From Nitrospirota bacterium (GTDB lineage: Bacteria > Nitrospirota > UBA9217): DNA of 64,000 nt. The stretch covers positions 353,542-417,541 of the forward strand of contig CAWJQQ010000005.1 in NCBI GenBank assembly GCA_963845065.1. Direction: 5' to 3'. This document shows, in pieces, positions 61,719-64,000 of the stretch. Each line of letters begins with the position of its first letter. Position 1 is the stretch's first letter. The notes below the pieces were generated by a model that was not told where the DNA came from, did not search any database, and was given only the letters and a program-made list of their open reading frames with translations. Made by a program: the position numbers and the translations under genes.

Positions 61719-62693
61719 ATGCTTTCCAATTTTTCTTACATACGACCTAAGACCCTGAAAGAGGCCTTAAAGCAGCTCGCGGCCGAAGGCGCGCACCTTC
61801 ATGCTGGGGGCACGGACCTACTCGGCTGCCTAAGGGATCATGTCTTCGAGATTAATAAAATGGTAAGCATCAATGGTTTCAAAGAACTTAAAGGTATAAA
61901 AAAAACAGCAGAGGGAGGCATTCGGATAGGGGCCCTTGCGACAATATCCGAAGTCTCAGAAAATCCGGTTGTGAGGTCTCAGTATTGGGCACTGGCTCAG
62001 GCCGCTCGCGAAGTTGCGAGTCCCCAGCTTCGAAACCAGGGTACGATTGGCGGAAATATTTGTCAAAAACCGCGCTGCTGGTACTACCGTGGAGATTTCC
62101 AATGCCTTCGCAAGGGAGGACAGAAGTGCTTCGCCGTTGCCGGCGAGAACCAGTATCACTGCATTCTTGGAGGCGGACCGTGCTTTATTGTTCATCCTTC
62201 AGACATGGCTCCTGCGCTCGTTGCGCTTGAAGCCTCTGTCCGTATCGTCGGGCCAAAAGGAAGCCGGACAGTAACTGTCGAGAAATTTCATGTCCTTCCG
62301 AACGTGGACTTGTTCCGGGAGACTGTGCTCGAACCAGGCGAAATTGTCACTGATATCCTACTCCCGCCTGCCCATGGAGTGAAAAGCTCGTATCGCAAGG
62401 TACGTGCACGCGCTTCCTGGGATTTTGCACTCGCAGGACTCGCGCTTGCTATCAAGTTTAATGGCGACGTCGTCGCCAGCGCGCGCGCTGTGTTGAGCGG
62501 CGCCGCACCAATTCCATGGCGTTCCCGAGAATTAGAAAATTCGATCATCGGCCATCGCTTGGATGAGTCAATTTCGGCAAAGGCGGCAGAGGCAGCGATG
62601 ATGGACGCACGACCGTTGATGCAGAATGATTATAAGTTACCGCTATTTCGCGGCATCATCGAAGAGGAACTTTTGGCTACTCAGAAAGCCTAG
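61719..62693 (+). CDS. FAD-binding subunit with 4Fe-4S insertion (PaoB/YagS/HcrB-like)
   Basis: AGGTDL; SPQLRNQGTIGGN; RCWYYR...CLRKGG..C...C; HPSD. Confidence 0.92.
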   Translation: MLSNFSYIRPKTLKEALKQLAAEGAHLHAGGTDLLGCLRDHVFEINKMVSINGFKELKGIKKTAEGGIRIGALATISEVSENPVVRSQYWALAQAAREVASPQLRNQGTIGGNICQKPRCWYYRGDFQCLRKGGQKCFAVAGENQYHCILGGGPCFIVHPSDMAPALVALEASVRIVGPKGSRTVTVEKFHVLPNVDLFRETVLEPGEIVTDILLPPAHGVKSSYRKVRARASWDFALAGLALAIKFNGDVVASARAVLSGAAPIPWRSRELENSIIGHRLDESISAKAAEAAMMDARPLMQNDYKLPLFRGIIEEELLATQKA

Positions 62694-62766
62694 CCGGAAC
62701 AAAGTGGTAGAGTTTTCCAAATGTCCACAAATCAGTCGTTGAATTATACACCATTGAAAGATGGCA

Positions 62767-62880
62767 GCGTGCCGTGCATATCGTATTACTAGTCGATTCA
62801 AGTCCACTGTGGGAGTCCGGTAGAAAAGAGGTGGTACAATACTGCAGCGAGAAGCATCGTGGCGAGGGCTAGCGTCATGA
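62767..62880 (+). other. Possible degenerate 5' fragment of a group IIC intron
   Basis: GCGTGCCGTGCAT...ACTAGTCGATTCAAGTCCACTGTGGGAG resembles group IIC 5' ends (GTGYGCCxGGCAT...CTAGTGGGTGCAAGTCCAC); no reverse transcriptase ORF or domain V seen. Confidence 0.4.
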
Positions 62881-62930
62881 CGATTTTACGGAGCATGAGA
62901 TGACCTTCCGATGTTTTGATTTTTTACATC

Positions 62931-63839
62931 TTATGGGGGGCACTTGCCGCATATTGATGTGAAAAGTGCCGTGCTGAGGTACCGGTCACCACGGTCAGGC
63001 AGGATAACGACGATGGTCCCGCTCTTTATCTCTTTGGCCTTCTTGATCGCAGCCCACATGGCGGCGCCGCTGCTCATGCCGACAAACAGACCTTCCTCGA
63101 GTGCAAGTCTGCGCGTGGTATTAAAAGCGTCCTCGTCGTGTACGATCCATTTTTCGTCCAGAGCTTTCGGGTTAAAGATCTTCGGGATAATAGCCTCGGT
63201 CATGTTTTTGAGGCCCTGGATTTTGTGGCCGAGGTTCGGCTCTACGCCTAGGATTGTGACCGAGCTGTTCAACTCCTTCAGCCTCCTGCCAGCGCCCATG
63301 AGCGTGCCGGTCGTGCCCATGCCCGCGACGAAGACCGATACCTCGCCTTTTGTCTGTTCGTAAATCTCTTTTCCGGTTGTCTCGTAATGCGCTTTTACAT
63401 TAGCCGGATTGTCGAACTGGTTCGGCATGAAGCATCCGTTGCTAAGTTCGTCGTAGATCTTATGCGCAAGCCGGATCGCACCATCTGTCCCTTCGTTACC
63501 AGGGCTCAAAATGAGCTCGGCGCCGAAGGCTTCGAGAATTTTTCTTCGTTCCATGCTCACGCACTCGGGCATTACGAGCTTGACCTTGTATCCTTTAGCT
63601 GTCCCGACCATGGCAAGTCCGATGCCGGTATTGCCTGACGTCGCTTCGAGAATGGTCGAGCCCTTTGCAAGCCTGCCTTCCTCTTCCGCTGCCTTTACCA
63701 TATACCAGGCAATACGGTCTTTTACCGATCCGCCGGGGTTGTTTCCTTCGAGTTTTGCATAAAGCCTGACTTTTGGATTGGGGTTGATTTTGTCCAATCG
63801 CGCAAGCGGTGTGTTGCCGATGCAATCGAGAACACTCAT
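62931..63839 (-). CDS. cysM: Cysteine synthase (CysM-like)
   Basis: NPGGSVKDR (PLP Lys), TSGNTG, GMGTTGT, DRGDRYLS. Confidence 0.9.
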   Translation of the reverse strand: MSVLDCIGNTPLARLDKINPNPKVRLYAKLEGNNPGGSVKDRIAWYMVKAAEEEGRLAKGSTILEATSGNTGIGLAMVGTAKGYKVKLVMPECVSMERRKILEAFGAELILSPGNEGTDGAIRLAHKIYDELSNGCFMPNQFDNPANVKAHYETTGKEIYEQTKGEVSVFVAGMGTTGTLMGAGRRLKELNSSVTILGVEPNLGHKIQGLKNMTEAIIPKIFNPKALDEKWIVHDEDAFNTTRRLALEEGLFVGMSSGAAMWAAIKKAKEIKSGTIVVILPDRGDRYLSTALFTSICGKCPP

Positions 63840-63971
63840 GGAATACTATCTCCCTTAAAAAAATGAATACGACTGCGGCGTAGTATAGAGAAATTCTTCG
63901 TGACGCGCAATCTCTTTTTGCGATTCTGCAGAGAACGGGGCGGTTCGCACGGCATCACCCGTTGACTCAAA

Positions 63972-64000
63972 TTGACATCCTCCCCAGCCTCACGGACGGG
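63972..64000 (-). mobile_element. Right end of a third copy of the 56017-type IS, continuing beyond the window
   Basis: TTGACATCCTCCCCAGCCTC matches TTGACATCCTCCCCGGCCTC at 56017. Confidence 0.8.

Overview
Chromosomal region (about 50% GC) of an anaerobic bacterium; the gene content suggests Nitrospirota or Desulfobacterota (inference). Housekeeping and metabolic genes: mreBCD-mrdA-rodA, tpx, a cold-shock protein, oligoendopeptidase F, tRNA-Asp and tRNA-Val, acyl-CoA metabolism genes, deoC, lpxC, oppDF, an orphan parC-like gene, a Tat-exported PaoABC/YagTSR-type molybdoenzyme and cysM. It carries a mercury-methylation locus (hgcC-like AbrB gene, a remnant of acr3, hgcA, hgcB). It also has three sigma54 promoters, one driving two paralogous glycine-rich membrane proteins next to a heme-c sensor kinase and sigma54 activator. 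The most distinctive layer is a dense set of IS200/IS605 (TnpB) elements and derivatives whose ends can be read to the base: (1) a non-autonomous element whose right end supplies a synonymous last codon and the stop codon of rodA; (2) three 41-48 bp single-hairpin left-end/right-end chimeras; (3) a stand-alone omega-RNA-like 3' remnant downstream of a promoter-like sequence; (4) a nested MITE-in-IS-in-TMEM175 structure. An intact IS481-family element with a 6-bp target duplication, an IS607 tnpA without tnpB, and probable attC and group II intron remnants are also present. All calls were made by eye from motifs; no database searches were run.
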